Shown piece after piece: positions 23,655 to 35,592 of a stretch of DNA of 64,000 nucleotides. The number at the start of each line of letters is the position of its first letter. Position 1 is the stretch's first letter. The notes beneath the pieces were generated by a model. The model made no database searches and was not told the origin of the DNA. It was given only the letters and a program-made list of their open reading frames with translations. Source of the DNA: Epithemia pelagica. Lineage: Eukaryota > Protista > Bacillariophyta. A program made the position numbers and the translations under genes. The stretch covers positions 1,798,001-1,862,000 of the forward strand of contig OX337231.1 in assembly GCA_946965045.2 (NCBI GenBank), given 5' to 3'.

Positions 23655-24965
23655 ATGTACCGGAGAGCCGCTTCCATCCTTTCGCGGCAACCAGCAAGAT
23701 TATTCCACCTATCACTTCGGATTTCATCTCCGAAAGATCAGCGTCAAATATTTACTCGAAGTACCACATCTGCAGCTACGCAAGACCTACCTGCAGACAA
23801 ACGAGAAATGGGCGTTGAGCCAAGGTCTGTTGAGAACGAAGATGCCTGCGCCAGCGCAACCCTGCAAGATTCCCTATCAAAAAAGAAGAAGAAGAAGAAG
23901 AAGCAAGGAAAGCTTGCGAAAGAACCAGATCATTCGACTGGTGAGCCATCAGTTATGAATGGAAGACCCGGGAAAAAGAAATTGCGCAAGCTTAGATATC
24001 AGCAAAAAGAGCTGTCGCCATTTGACTTCTGTTTAGTTTCAGCAAAGAGCTCTGTTTTCACTAATTCGACTCTTCTGGGGCCTAGCTTCGCCTCTTTGGA
24101 CACACATAACAATGGAAGTTCATCTTCATCAGGGGAACGAATCCTGGAGGTATCCACAGTCGGCAGTTTATCTCCCAACACGTATGGCCAAAATGATGCT
24201 GTCAAAGACACCAAGAAAAACGACAAGCATCAGGTATACGTGCAGCCTCTTCTAGTTCTCGATTTAAATGGGATTCTGTGTCATAGAATCCGGCACAACC
24301 GGACTCCCAAAGTTCCCAAGACTGCCTATCGCTCGTCGTCGCTCAATGTTGCTCGGACACCAGTGGTACCCCGAACAGACCTTCATGAGTTCCTGTCATT
24401 CCTTGATCGACACTTTACTTTAAGTGTTTGGACGTCAGCCAAAAATAAGACAGCGACATCACTAGTCTCAGCTCTATTTCCCAGTGATGTTGCGAGTCGG
24501 CTACTCTTTGTTTGGGCTCAGCACCACTGCGATGTCGTTGGATCGCCGGACACTGATGAAACAGATGATGAACAACCGGTGTTCGAAAAGAATCTGTCCA
24601 AAGTTTGGAAGGAGTTCCCTCTTTGGAATGCAAACAACACGTTGATGATTGACGACTCCCCGGAGAAGTGTACTCAATGGCATGCTAATGCTGTACACCC
24701 CCCTCCACTAAACGGACAAGTATCTACTTGGAGTGGGAATACCAGTCCGGATGAAGAGAACGAGAGACTTCAAAGATTATTCTTTAATGATTTGGTGGAG
24801 TTTTGGAGAAATCACACCCTTGTACAACGGTGGGATGAAGAAAGTGGGGATGCAACGACATCTCTCATTGAGTTACATGGTGGGAATGAGGAGCCATTGC
24901 ATGACTCGAATGGATTGCTACAGCATTTGAAAGATAACGCCACAGGACACATGGGATGGAAGTGA
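23655..24965 (+). CDS. FCP1/NIF-type HAD phosphatase-domain protein
   Basis: LLVLDLNGILCHR, RTDLHEFL, LSVWTSA, FEKNLSKVW and TLMIDDSPEK. The Arg/Ser-rich N-terminus resembles a mitochondrial presequence. Confidence 0.8.
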   Translation: MYRRAASILSRQPARLFHLSLRISSPKDQRQIFTRSTTSAATQDLPADKREMGVEPRSVENEDACASATLQDSLSKKKKKKKKQGKLAKEPDHSTGEPSVMNGRPGKKKLRKLRYQQKELSPFDFCLVSAKSSVFTNSTLLGPSFASLDTHNNGSSSSSGERILEVSTVGSLSPNTYGQNDAVKDTKKNDKHQVYVQPLLVLDLNGILCHRIRHNRTPKVPKTAYRSSSLNVARTPVVPRTDLHEFLSFLDRHFTLSVWTSAKNKTATSLVSALFPSDVASRLLFVWAQHHCDVVGSPDTDETDDEQPVFEKNLSKVWKEFPLWNANNTLMIDDSPEKCTQWHANAVHPPPLNGQVSTWSGNTSPDEENERLQRLFFNDLVEFWRNHTLVQRWDEESGDATTSLIELHGGNEEPLHDSNGLLQHLKDNATGHMGWK

Positions 24966-25101
24966 AGTTATTTGTTCTTCGGGGAAGTTTGATTTGATTT
25001 CCCACCACTGAACTTCGTCCCACTTGCGTTCGTCTCGTAATAACTACTGCCAGCCACTGCCCTTGAACCTTCCATACCAAACATATGTTTTGTTCTACAT
25101 A

Positions 25102-27455
25102 TCACGGTATCAAAGTTTGGGTTGCATCAGCGTCTTGTTGGCCTTCCACAGTTTGTCCATTCGACGTTTCACCATCGGACATCTGTTCTTGTTGACTTGA
25201 CTCAACTGCAGTTGAGGACGCTTCCATGGACTCAAGCATGATATAGCCAGAGTTTTCATCTCGTTCCGCTTCAGTCGTGTCGATCGTCTCAGTCTCAATA
25301 TTTCCATACAACTTGATCAAGAAAAACAGGCCAGCGAGACAACCTATAGATCCAAAGACCAGAAATATACCCACACTGATCCAGAGGGTGTACAGACAGT
25401 AAATCATGTAAGTGATAATTGATTTGTCAAGACTCACTTCAAAGACAAACAATGCGTAGATTGCAAAGTAGGCCGCAACGGATCCTCCCGAAAGTAACGA
25501 TAACCACCACCATCGATGATTCTCCAGTCTAAGCTGGATACAGACCAATAGAACGGAAGTCGCAGCGGCAATCCAGAGAGCAAGCAAATAGACCACTAAC
25601 GCAACTCCGAATACATAGTAGTACTGTCGTAACCACAAGCTCGTCATGGAAAAGAAAAGTTCCACGTAAATGGCCCCGAACGGTAAAATGCCAGCGATAA
25701 CCAAGGCCACGAATGGTCTTTTCCAAACGCTCGACTGTACTGGAATCTCCCTTGGAACTGGATTCGTGTGTGTGGGAAACTCCATCACATCTTGCAAACT
25801 CGCTATGTAGGCCCCTAAGAAAATGAGGGGAATCAAACCGAAAAGCCACCCAGAGAGAACTATCAGGACATCCAGAATCGGCAAACTCGCCGTTGACTGA
25901 CGAAAAAATAAGCAAATGTTTAGAAAGCAAAACGAGAGAAAGAAGCCACCCGGAATCATAAGCGCAACCATTCCCACACATCTCTTCAATTGCCCAGAGT
26001 CGGCACCAAACGAAGAATAGAGGCGGTAACTGACATAACCAGAAACGCACCCCGACAGGTTAAACGTCACAAGGAACGCGTTTGGAACAGAGCCCGCCAC
26101 AGCTTGGCTAACGCAGCCAAGTGATGCCATAACCACAACAGCGAGCGTCGTCACGATGAGCTGTATTCCTGTCCCAACAAAAGCACAGTGCAATCCAGGC
26201 ATTGTCGCCGGGGGTCGAAACACATCAGCATGCAAACAGCGCCAGTTTCGTTCCTCTTGTATCTCTCGTTCTTGTAAAGCAATATCCTGAGCTGAAGGTG
26301 AAACGGTTGTGGATTCGATTTCTTCGGTATTCAATGACGTGTATCGACGTCTTGACGCCCACAATGAGCGAAACGCAGTTGAGATGGTCTGAGCCTGTGT
26401 CTCGGATGGTCGTTTGTTGGAACGGATCCAGATGGCCACAAGCATTGAGCTGAGAAGAACTGCAACGACGAGAGAGTTGGAGACACTTGTCCAATGAAGT
26501 TTTGCTGGAACCCAATTGTCATTGGTAAGGTAGATCTCCCAGCGTTGGCCCCAGGGTTTGCCCCTGTTCCTCCAGACAACATCGTAGGTAAACAAGATCG
26601 GCTTGTTCGCAACGAGCTCCTGTTGTCCGACCACATTATCCAAGGACAGGTGTGTCCGATACGGACACGTCAAAAGGCGTTTGTTGGACCCTTCCGCGCT
26701 GGTACCATCCCAGGAATAGTTTCCTTCAAACTTGTGATTAATCGAAAGAGGTTGAACCGCGAATTCTGTAATGCGGTAGCCCGGCCGATTGTCTCCGGTA
26801 TCCTCTTGCTCGTAGTCAATGACCAGATTAAAATGGTTGAATATATAGTATATGTACGATGACTCAGAGGAGTTACCGGCAAGAATATAGCCAATAGGAA
26901 ATCCATTTGCAAAATTTTCGTATTGTATCGGCCAAGATATAATGGAGGCTGATGGAAGGTGATCCAGCAGCCAGTTGTGATGGTATGATTTACTAATATA
27001 CCACTTCATTCTCTCATATTCTTTTCCAGAGAAGTTTACTTGGCATACCTGAATCCCAAAAGAGTCGATGGACGACAACAGAGTGAACGTCAATCACAAA
27101 TCGACCGGTAGAGATAGAGAGAAGGGAAAACACTCACCTTTGCGCAGTATGTTTCTGTTTTCATGAAAACTTCGAAAGGGGTTGATTGGAGTCTACTTCC
27201 CTCTAGGAATTGGCCAAGATCTTGAGATTCTCGCAATGGACCACCTTCTGGTTGACAGAACGGCAGGTGATAATAATCCATAGGAATCTGCGTTCGAGTG
27301 CTTGTGACGGCGTCTACACGAACTGGAACTTGCTCGCCTTCCTGATAGGTTCGAGGAGCTATTCCAGGACGATACGACGCCCCCATTACCATACGGTCAT
27401 TTCGCGATAGAAGTAGCAACACTACGCTGGCAGCAAATCTCATTGCCCATGCCAT
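25102..27455 (-). CDS. TM9SF: Nonaspanin / endomembrane protein 70 (TM9SF), 2 exons
   Basis: Signal peptide, DYYHLPFCQP, IFNHFNLVIDYE, WTSVSNS, WRCLHADVFRPP, AGILPFGAIYVEL and ENHRWWWLS. Intron 27049-27137. Confidence 0.93.
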
Positions 27456-27700
27456 GGTCTTAAACAAAAATCCGAGATACGGACTGTAGATGGGGCTCGT
27501 CCCCAGGGATGATTTTTCGCACGATTGCAGTAGGTACGCGCACCTGGGTCGCACCTGTTATCTCATTCTTTAGACGTGTAATCATGAGGATCATATCGCA
27601 TGATTCCTGTTGCAACGACATAATATTTTATAAACCAAACTCTACTACTCCGATGCATAAGCTAGAGACGACTACTACTAATGTGAATGGAAGAACCCTT

Positions 27701-28499
<799 letters not shown>

Positions 28500-28935
28500 C
28501 TTTTTGAATCACTCCTGTCGACAAAGGATCTCTATCTCAACGGTGTTCGTAAGCGAGCTGTAGGATGTATGGGGCAGCAATGAGAGCGACGGTGGGAGTT
28601 GGGAAAGGCCTTTTGGGGTTACTGGGACGAATCAAAAGATCTGACATATCTTTTTCTGACGTAATATTCCTGAATGTATTGTCCTCAATCCCGTGGTGGT
28701 TTGAGGGGTGGGGAAATGAAGAATGCCCAAACTTGGGGGATTCTCCCAATGGATTTCCTTGAAATTCCACGTAGAAGGCGTGAGCGCGGGCCGCTTTTCT
28801 CTATGTATTAGAAATAATTAGAAATGATTCCCACGCGGCAGATCTTACTTTTGGGGGTTGAGGTTGAGGGTTGGAGTCTCACAAAAAGTTTTGATGTAGT
28901 ATCGAGGATAATACGGAACTGGAACATCGAAAGAT

Positions 28936-31014
28936 ATGGAGGGATCAGTCATGGTCAGTTCCTCCTTGCTAAGCATGTCCACTGGAATGCTCGTCAGTGG
29001 ATTCTTGGACTGGGAATTATCGGTGGATAGAACTGGCAGCAAGGCGGCGGAGCACCGAGAGGAGCAGACGAAACAAATTGATCTCAGTACTTCTACGAAG
29101 ATGTCCGAGGTCCTTCGGGATAAGAAGAATCTCGGGTTAGGAAGGACACCAGAGCAACAAGAAATGTCTTTTACAAGTAAATCCTTGTCTGGCGCCATCA
29201 GATTCAAACACGAAATGTGGCCACAATATGATCCAACAACCCGAGATCCGACCATCAATGAGCGGTCCAGGAGCTACACCACTTACGAGAATGGCCGAGT
29301 CATTATCTCAGATTCTAAGGTTCATTGACAAAGAGAATCAGAACCGAACCTCGGACCAAGGAGAACCATGTTGTGTGCTGTACGATGCAGATTGCGTCCA
29401 AGCTAAGCTCTTTAGGTTTCTTGAGGAATGCATGGCATTTCAAAAGGCTGGCAAAAACATGGAAGTTACATTGGGCTACCATTACACGAACCAGATGTAT
29501 TTGTCGACAATACGAGAGCATGGGTTGCTTACGCGAGCCGAACGCCGACATCGTAGGATTCGTGTTCAAGACAATGGATCCTCGTTCGGCGATGGAATCT
29601 ACACTATAAGTACGGCCAACAACTCCGTCGATTCACTAGAGGTAGAAAAGCTCACAGTATCTCCGTGCGCGGAATTCAGAGTTCGAATCGGTTTGCGTTT
29701 CGTGGATTTCGCGCTCATTTGGACGCTGGTCTTTTCGTGTTGCGACTTACTGGAAACACAAAGAAAAGCAGCCTCTCCTCGAACGGATTCAACTCACGAT
29801 CTGATTCTACGGATATTGACACTGACTGCCCTGACTCGCTGACCCAACAACGTGGTATTGGCAAGGATCTCTTGGTATTACGAAAGTCTACGCAGTGTCT
29901 CGTTATCGGAGAGTTCAAACCGAATTCTTTGGATCGGTCGGAGATGGCTGAACAGTTCCTAGTAACACATGGCAAAATTCGGAAAATAGTAAAACAAGTT
30001 ACTCGCACAATTCAAAATGGAGACGTGTCCATGTGGGATACACATGACACGAATGATTACTTTGGTACAGCAAATTTGTCAGGCACGAGGATTGCGCCAA
30101 AACGTGAGGTTTCACCAAAGTCGATTGCATTCGACTATCCTTAGCGGAGCTCTGGCGGAGGGACAACAAGAAGATACAATGAGTTCATCTGATCATGTTA
30201 TTCGACGTGGAACTTTGCGTTATGGAGCTCCACGGCAAGGCCTCATGTTGACAAGCATAAACGGTTGCACAGACATGTTCCCATCCAATCAACTTGCTGC
30301 CGATGAGGAATGCAGCATATGCTTTGAAAAACTCAAAGGCAGTTGCAACTTGGTGAAATTGAAACTCTGCCCACATGTGTTTCACCAGGAGTGTTTACGG
30401 GAGGCACTCCGATTTGATCCAAAGTGTCCAGTATGTAGAAAGAATACTACAGAACCTCAAGGCAAAATGCCATCGGGTAAAATGACGATTGAACTAGACA
30501 AAAACTTAGCATGTGAGGGCTATGAACCAGGAACATGGCTGATACGATATTCAATGAAAGCTGGGGTTCAAAAAGCCTACCACTACAATCCCGGTGTCCC
30601 ATATCCATCTACGGTACGCAAAGCATTCATTCCCAATACAAAAGAAGGACGAAACCTATTGAAGCGCGTTACCTATGCATTCAGTCGAGGCCTGACTTTC
30701 ACCGTAGGAACCTCTCTAACATCGGGCAAAGATAATGTTATCATATGGTGAGTAGATGCGCTGTTTTGGCGACCCTTGCTTCAGTTCGGTACATGGCTCA
30801 AGAAAACGTTTTCAACAGGGGATCTATCCATCATAAAACAAGTAGCAAAAGAGGACCTTATGGGTACCCAGATCCTGGCTATTTCATAAATTGCAACGAG
30901 GAGCTTGACGCTTTGGGAGTCCCTTCACATGACGACTCTTCCTTGCAAATTGTGTTTGCAACGCGATGTGCAACGAGTGTCAATTTTGGCTTCCTGTATG
31001 AGGACGAATTGTAG
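28936..31014 (+). CDS. Multi-exon PARP-like ART domain + RING + Deltex C-terminal (DTC) protein; the joins are partly uncertain
   Basis: The ART-like part has GYHYT..I..HGLL..G..FGDGIYT / SNRFAF..GLFVLRL..G / DLLVLRKSTQCL. The RING reads CSICFE..CPHVFHQECL..CPVC. The DTC reads PQGKMPSGKM, AFIPNTKEG, FTVGTSLTSG..W|GSIHHKT and GYPDPGY. Intron 30748-30818 is firm. Introns 29177-29270, 29606-29679 and 29989-30082 (or 30070) are inferred. Confidence 0.72.
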
Positions 31015-31304
31015 GGCCGCGTTCTGCTTTACGTCTCGAATGACAGAATCCGAAACCTTTTTCTGAACTCGGAAGTTTCTGGAGGGTTCTTCATGACTGC
31101 TTCATGTTGAATGGAAATTTCGTCCAAGACCTTTGAATATATTTCCATCCCGCAAATGTAAAACCAAGACCCATCTATCTTCTTATCCTTGGATCCAACG
31201 GAATCGAGACAATAGATGAATAGGGAAAAAGTGGTAGAGTTGATTGGTGACGAAAAGACAAAGCGCCATATGATATAATACCATACTGGCTGGTCGCGTA
31301 GGAA

Positions 31305-33896
31305 TCAGGTTTTTCGTAAAAAGAAGGCGTCAATAGTTCCGTTTGTAGACTTTGTTGTCCGTGATTTTTTCTGTGCCCTGCGACTAGTGGTCGTAGAAGT
31401 TCGTGACCGATGCCGGACAATTGATGAGCTTTGGTTGTGAGGGTGCAGTTGTTGTTCAATTTCTGTCCGGATATCGGCTGGGAGTTCGGCCAAGACTGAT
31501 GGGTCGATGGAAGAACTAGAAGTAGAGTTTGTAGCAAGACTTGGAGCAAAGGCGCAAACCTCGTGAGGGTATGCTTGTAGCTCTTGTTCGACTTCAACGC
31601 GAATATCCGCCGGTAGTTCTGCCAAAACAGATGAGTCGATGAAACTCGAGACAGTGGAAGATTTGGTAACATAAGGATCAGCATTTTTGTCTATATCACC
31701 CTTGTCGTCCATGTTGGAACCAGTTTTGTTGTCATGTCTTTGCTGTGTGGTAGGCATGGTTTTAAGATAAAGCTGTGACGAAATCCTTGTCGCAGGAGGC
31801 TCCGTCGATGCAACGTCTTGCGTCAGCTTTCCCGGAGTGCTTAGTATTCTCCGGGAGTGAGCCAAAGGGCTGATCGTCGATTGGACTGGGTCCTCCATGT
31901 CTTGAAAATTGGTCACGGCCAGATTGAGGCGAGTCACATTGATTCTTCCTGGAGTGCAGAATACGAGGGCCTTTAACAAGGGTTCGACGGTTGATTTCAA
32001 TAAATGACGTCTCGCTTGTGGATCTTTGTTGTGGAGGTAGGACTTGCCATCAAACCGACACTGCTTCGATCGTGTGACGAATGGCCGCCGTCGTCTCTTT
32101 TGTCCTTGTGGAGGAACCTTTTGAATTCCATTGACTGATGAAGTTTGTTGAAGTTTGGCGGGGTCCACCACACGAGCGGTACAGCGGAGCGTGGTAGGAA
32201 ATGCTCGTTCCGGATACGGCGACGCTTCCTGACGTTCATCCACAAGTATCGGCAGTCGAACAAACAGGGATTCCATGGCTTTCCAAACGGATTCACGGGT
32301 GACATTGGTTCCTCGTTGAAAGGAATCTTCGACCGAGACTTGTTTCGTCAAACCACCATTGTCGTCCTCGATTTGACTGGTATCCAATCCAAGACACAAT
32401 TCCCGCAGCGTCGTGGCACGAGTCTCGGTCGTGACGTCGCCGACGTCCTGGTGGTGATGAATCTTTTTTCCTTCCCGACGGGACGGAGAGCTTGTAACTA
32501 GTGTTTGTAAGCAACTTTCAATTTGCCATTGAGGAACTTTCAACAAATCATGACACGTCCAAAAGGCCTTTGGCGTTGTTGCTCCCTCTTGCTTTTGTGA
32601 TGATGATTCTTTATCATTTTTTAAGAAATACAACTTTTGGTCGATCGCTCCGCCGGCGCCAGAGTGTGTACATTGCAAGCATGACTGAAGCGCACGGAGG
32701 GTGGCGTTTCCCAAGGAGGGGACTTTTCGCAGAGGCATGGGCAAGAGTATGGATGCACTTCGCCAAGGAAACAACACATTGAGTGAATTCGGTTTGTGCA
32801 AGTCGGAAGTCAATTTGGCCAGGAGAGGTGAGACTGAAACGCCCAGGGTGACGGTAAAGCCTGTCTCTTTGTAAATTCGCTGTCGTACTTGTTCGCATAA
32901 TGCCGCCGCCACTGCCAATCGATTCATGCACTCATTTTGAGCCACACGTGCTAAGGCAGCACCTTTTGTGCCGGTTGTCGGAACATGATGCACACTCTCT
33001 CGAACAGAAGCACTCGTCGAGAAGCCACAGTCCCCCGTGTTGTCAGTACTGTGATGAACCGTTGCACGGGCTCCAGACTGTGCTTCTACCACCACGACTC
33101 TTGCACTAGACTTGTCCTGTCCATATACAAACGCATGGCTGGGCATCGACATGGGACGATCCTGGTTATTCTTGTCCATGACAGCCCCGACCAGGTCGGT
33201 CAAATCGGCAAAATTTTCATCCATCCCCCCTCGTCGTACTGGTACATTGATCGATGGAAAAGATGACTTGTTCCTCGACTGTGTCCATGCCTCGTTGTTT
33301 TCAGAATCTTGCTGTGATGGTTGTTGCTTATCGACCGAGGCTGCCGCTAAATCCTGCCAAGCCTGACGAAAAGAGAGGTAGATGCGACGAGAATGACGGC
33401 GATAGCGTTCTAAATCACTTCCTTCAACAATTAGCAAGGATGAACAAGCGGCATAGGCAGATTCTCGAGATTGCAGTTTCTGCACTCCGTAGTTTCGGGC
33501 GATATAATTACATGTGACAATGATATGCTTTTGTCCAATGGCCACAGGACGGTCTCTCGGTACTCTTCCCTCCACCTCCTCGCATTGACAATAGAAACAA
33601 TCAACATCTAAATGAACAATCGTGCGAGACCACAAATTGGTGCAGTATTCATATATGCTGTTGTTCTTGTTGTTCCAGGCGTTGTTGGCGTTCGGCGAAC
33701 CATTCTGGGCGGCAGTGGTGCCGTGGTCCTTCATCAACGCAAAGGCACCCGCGTCATTCACATCCGGTTCGTCGTAATCGTCGTCATCGTCATGGCTGTC
33801 ACTGCTGCTGTTGTTACTACTCTGACTGCTGACACTTCGATCGCTATCGTATCGATCAAAGGCGTAGTGGTTACCGCTCCAGGAGGCCAAGGACAT
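31305..33896 (-). CDS. POLI: Y-family DNA polymerase iota
   Basis: IVHLDVDCFYCQCE, QKHIIVTCNYIAR, GMDENFADLT, SPLLAKL..HKPN, and two C-terminal UBM-type repeats (ID.SVLAELPADIR.E.EQ). Confidence 0.88.
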   Translation of the reverse strand: MSLASWSGNHYAFDRYDSDRSVSSQSSNNSSSDSHDDDDDYDEPDVNDAGAFALMKDHGTTAAQNGSPNANNAWNNKNNSIYEYCTNLWSRTIVHLDVDCFYCQCEEVEGRVPRDRPVAIGQKHIIVTCNYIARNYGVQKLQSRESAYAACSSLLIVEGSDLERYRRHSRRIYLSFRQAWQDLAAASVDKQQPSQQDSENNEAWTQSRNKSSFPSINVPVRRGGMDENFADLTDLVGAVMDKNNQDRPMSMPSHAFVYGQDKSSARVVVVEAQSGARATVHHSTDNTGDCGFSTSASVRESVHHVPTTGTKGAALARVAQNECMNRLAVAAALCEQVRQRIYKETGFTVTLGVSVSPLLAKLTSDLHKPNSLNVLFPWRSASILLPMPLRKVPSLGNATLRALQSCLQCTHSGAGGAIDQKLYFLKNDKESSSQKQEGATTPKAFWTCHDLLKVPQWQIESCLQTLVTSSPSRREGKKIHHHQDVGDVTTETRATTLRELCLGLDTSQIEDDNGGLTKQVSVEDSFQRGTNVTRESVWKAMESLFVRLPILVDERQEASPYPERAFPTTLRCTARVVDPAKLQQTSSVNGIQKVPPQGQKRRRRPFVTRSKQCRFDGKSYLHNKDPQARRHLLKSTVEPLLKALVFCTPGRINVTRLNLAVTNFQDMEDPVQSTISPLAHSRRILSTPGKLTQDVASTEPPATRISSQLYLKTMPTTQQRHDNKTGSNMDDKGDIDKNADPYVTKSSTVSSFIDSSVLAELPADIRVEVEQELQAYPHEVCAFAPSLATNSTSSSSIDPSVLAELPADIRTEIEQQLHPHNQSSSIVRHRSRTSTTTSRRAQKKSRTTKSTNGTIDAFFLRKT

Positions 33897-34066
33897 GGCC
33901 GCAATTTCTCTGGCAGCTGGGAGCAAGTTTTGCCTGCTACCACATTAGAGGAATGTAGCTACCCAACCTCACTCATCATGAGCACATAACCCATTTTCCA
34001 TTTTGTCTTCCATGTGGAACGCTTTCGCACCCGCCATCACATACATCGTCATCATCCACATTTTTT

Positions 34067-35152
34067 ATGGCCCCAAGATCCAAAGCAACAACAAAAAGAT
34101 TTAAGATGAGGATCTTGCAGTTGCCGGTTGTCTTGGTACTGTTGTCCCTTTGGTGCCTTGCCGAGGCCAAGAAGAAAAAGAAGAAACCAGCGGAAAAGCC
34201 AGTCGTCCTGCCGCAACATCTCCAGCTTTGCGCTGGCAAGCCTCCCTTGAACCCCAAGAAGGACTCCGAGAAGTTGCGTTGGTTGTTGGAGGCGTCTGGT
34301 GATGCTTCCATATCCTTTACGGTTTCACCCCAGCACAAGGCAGCCTGTTGGATTTTGTACGACGATAAGAAACAATCGGCAGGTCGCTCCAAGTACCTGT
34401 TTCTGCAGCGTTACGCATTGGCGACACTCCATATATCCTCCACCAAGAGTAACACCACGGTATGGGACTGGCCGTTGGCTGCCGATGAACCTCAGACGAT
34501 GGCTACACGAGGGCATTGGGGAACAACGAATCACCACGAATGTAGCTGGTATGGAGTCTTTTGCGATTTCTCTAAAAAGGTTGTCCGGTTGGATCTCGGC
34601 TTTTTGAAGTTGGATGGTATTGTCCCTCGTGAGCTTTGGGTGTTGACAGCCCTCAAGGATATTGATTTTCATGCTAATGATCTCCAAGGTGTCTTGCCCA
34701 ACAAGATGCTGGAATCACTTCACAACCTGGAAGGCTTCCGGTTTCACATGAATGGATTCTTTGGCGCATTGCCCAAGGACATTGTGGGGCTTGAGAATTT
34801 ACGTGATCTCATGCTTTTTGGCAACTACATTTCGGGGAGTATCCCCACAGCTCTCGCCGAACTTCAGAAGCTCGAAGTGCTCGATTTGTATGCCAACAAT
34901 TTTGCTGGGCGAATTCCTTCACAGTTGGGGAAACTCCGCAAACTCCAATACCTGGATTTGCACGACAATGATTTGACGGGTTCCATGCCGTCGGAAATTT
35001 GCAAGCTCCCCAATCTCAAGACACTCGTCGCCGATTGTTTGGGTCCCCGAGCTGAAGTTCAATGTGACTGTTGCACCGTTTGTTGCAAGGGGCAGATGGA
35101 TGGTACGTATGTACGCAAATGTGTGGATATGAAAAGTGGGCAAGAAGTATAG
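34067..35152 (+). CDS. Secreted leucine-rich-repeat protein (plant/diatom-type LRR)
   Basis: Signal peptide, LQRYALATL, HECSWYGVFC cap, repeated LxxLxLxxNxLxGxIP units, and a C-terminal CDCCTVCC cap. Confidence 0.88.
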   Translation: MAPRSKATTKRFKMRILQLPVVLVLLSLWCLAEAKKKKKKPAEKPVVLPQHLQLCAGKPPLNPKKDSEKLRWLLEASGDASISFTVSPQHKAACWILYDDKKQSAGRSKYLFLQRYALATLHISSTKSNTTVWDWPLAADEPQTMATRGHWGTTNHHECSWYGVFCDFSKKVVRLDLGFLKLDGIVPRELWVLTALKDIDFHANDLQGVLPNKMLESLHNLEGFRFHMNGFFGALPKDIVGLENLRDLMLFGNYISGSIPTALAELQKLEVLDLYANNFAGRIPSQLGKLRKLQYLDLHDNDLTGSMPSEICKLPNLKTLVADCLGPRAEVQCDCCTVCCKGQMDGTYVRKCVDMKSGQEV

Positions 35153-35592
35153 AATCTTTAATGGCATAAGGCTTTTTGTATATCGATAGAAAGTCTTCAT
35201 ATTGCCTCTGGTCAGTTTCACTGGAGATGAACAAGGTAAATGGAAGCGAATCAAATAAGACTTCGTCTATCGCAGCATAAAACAGAAATTTGTGGTTGTG
35301 CATCGGATATTTTTGCGCGGTGATTGGTATTGTTAGTCGTACTATCATTAACTCATTAAAGTAACTCAATGTTCTCGGACGACATGGAACACAATCTCTC
35401 AATAGCATGAATTTAACATTTGCAGAAAACTTCGCGTGTTCACCGTTGAACAGTCAGACTTTTGTCTGTTGTCAAGTAAATAATATGAACAATTTACAAA
35501 ACTCGTCCCAAACTCAGAGTCGTCACTGGATAATTTCTCTCCATATTGCAGTACTGCAGGATTTTCTGTGCGGATGGAAGATTTCTTACGCG

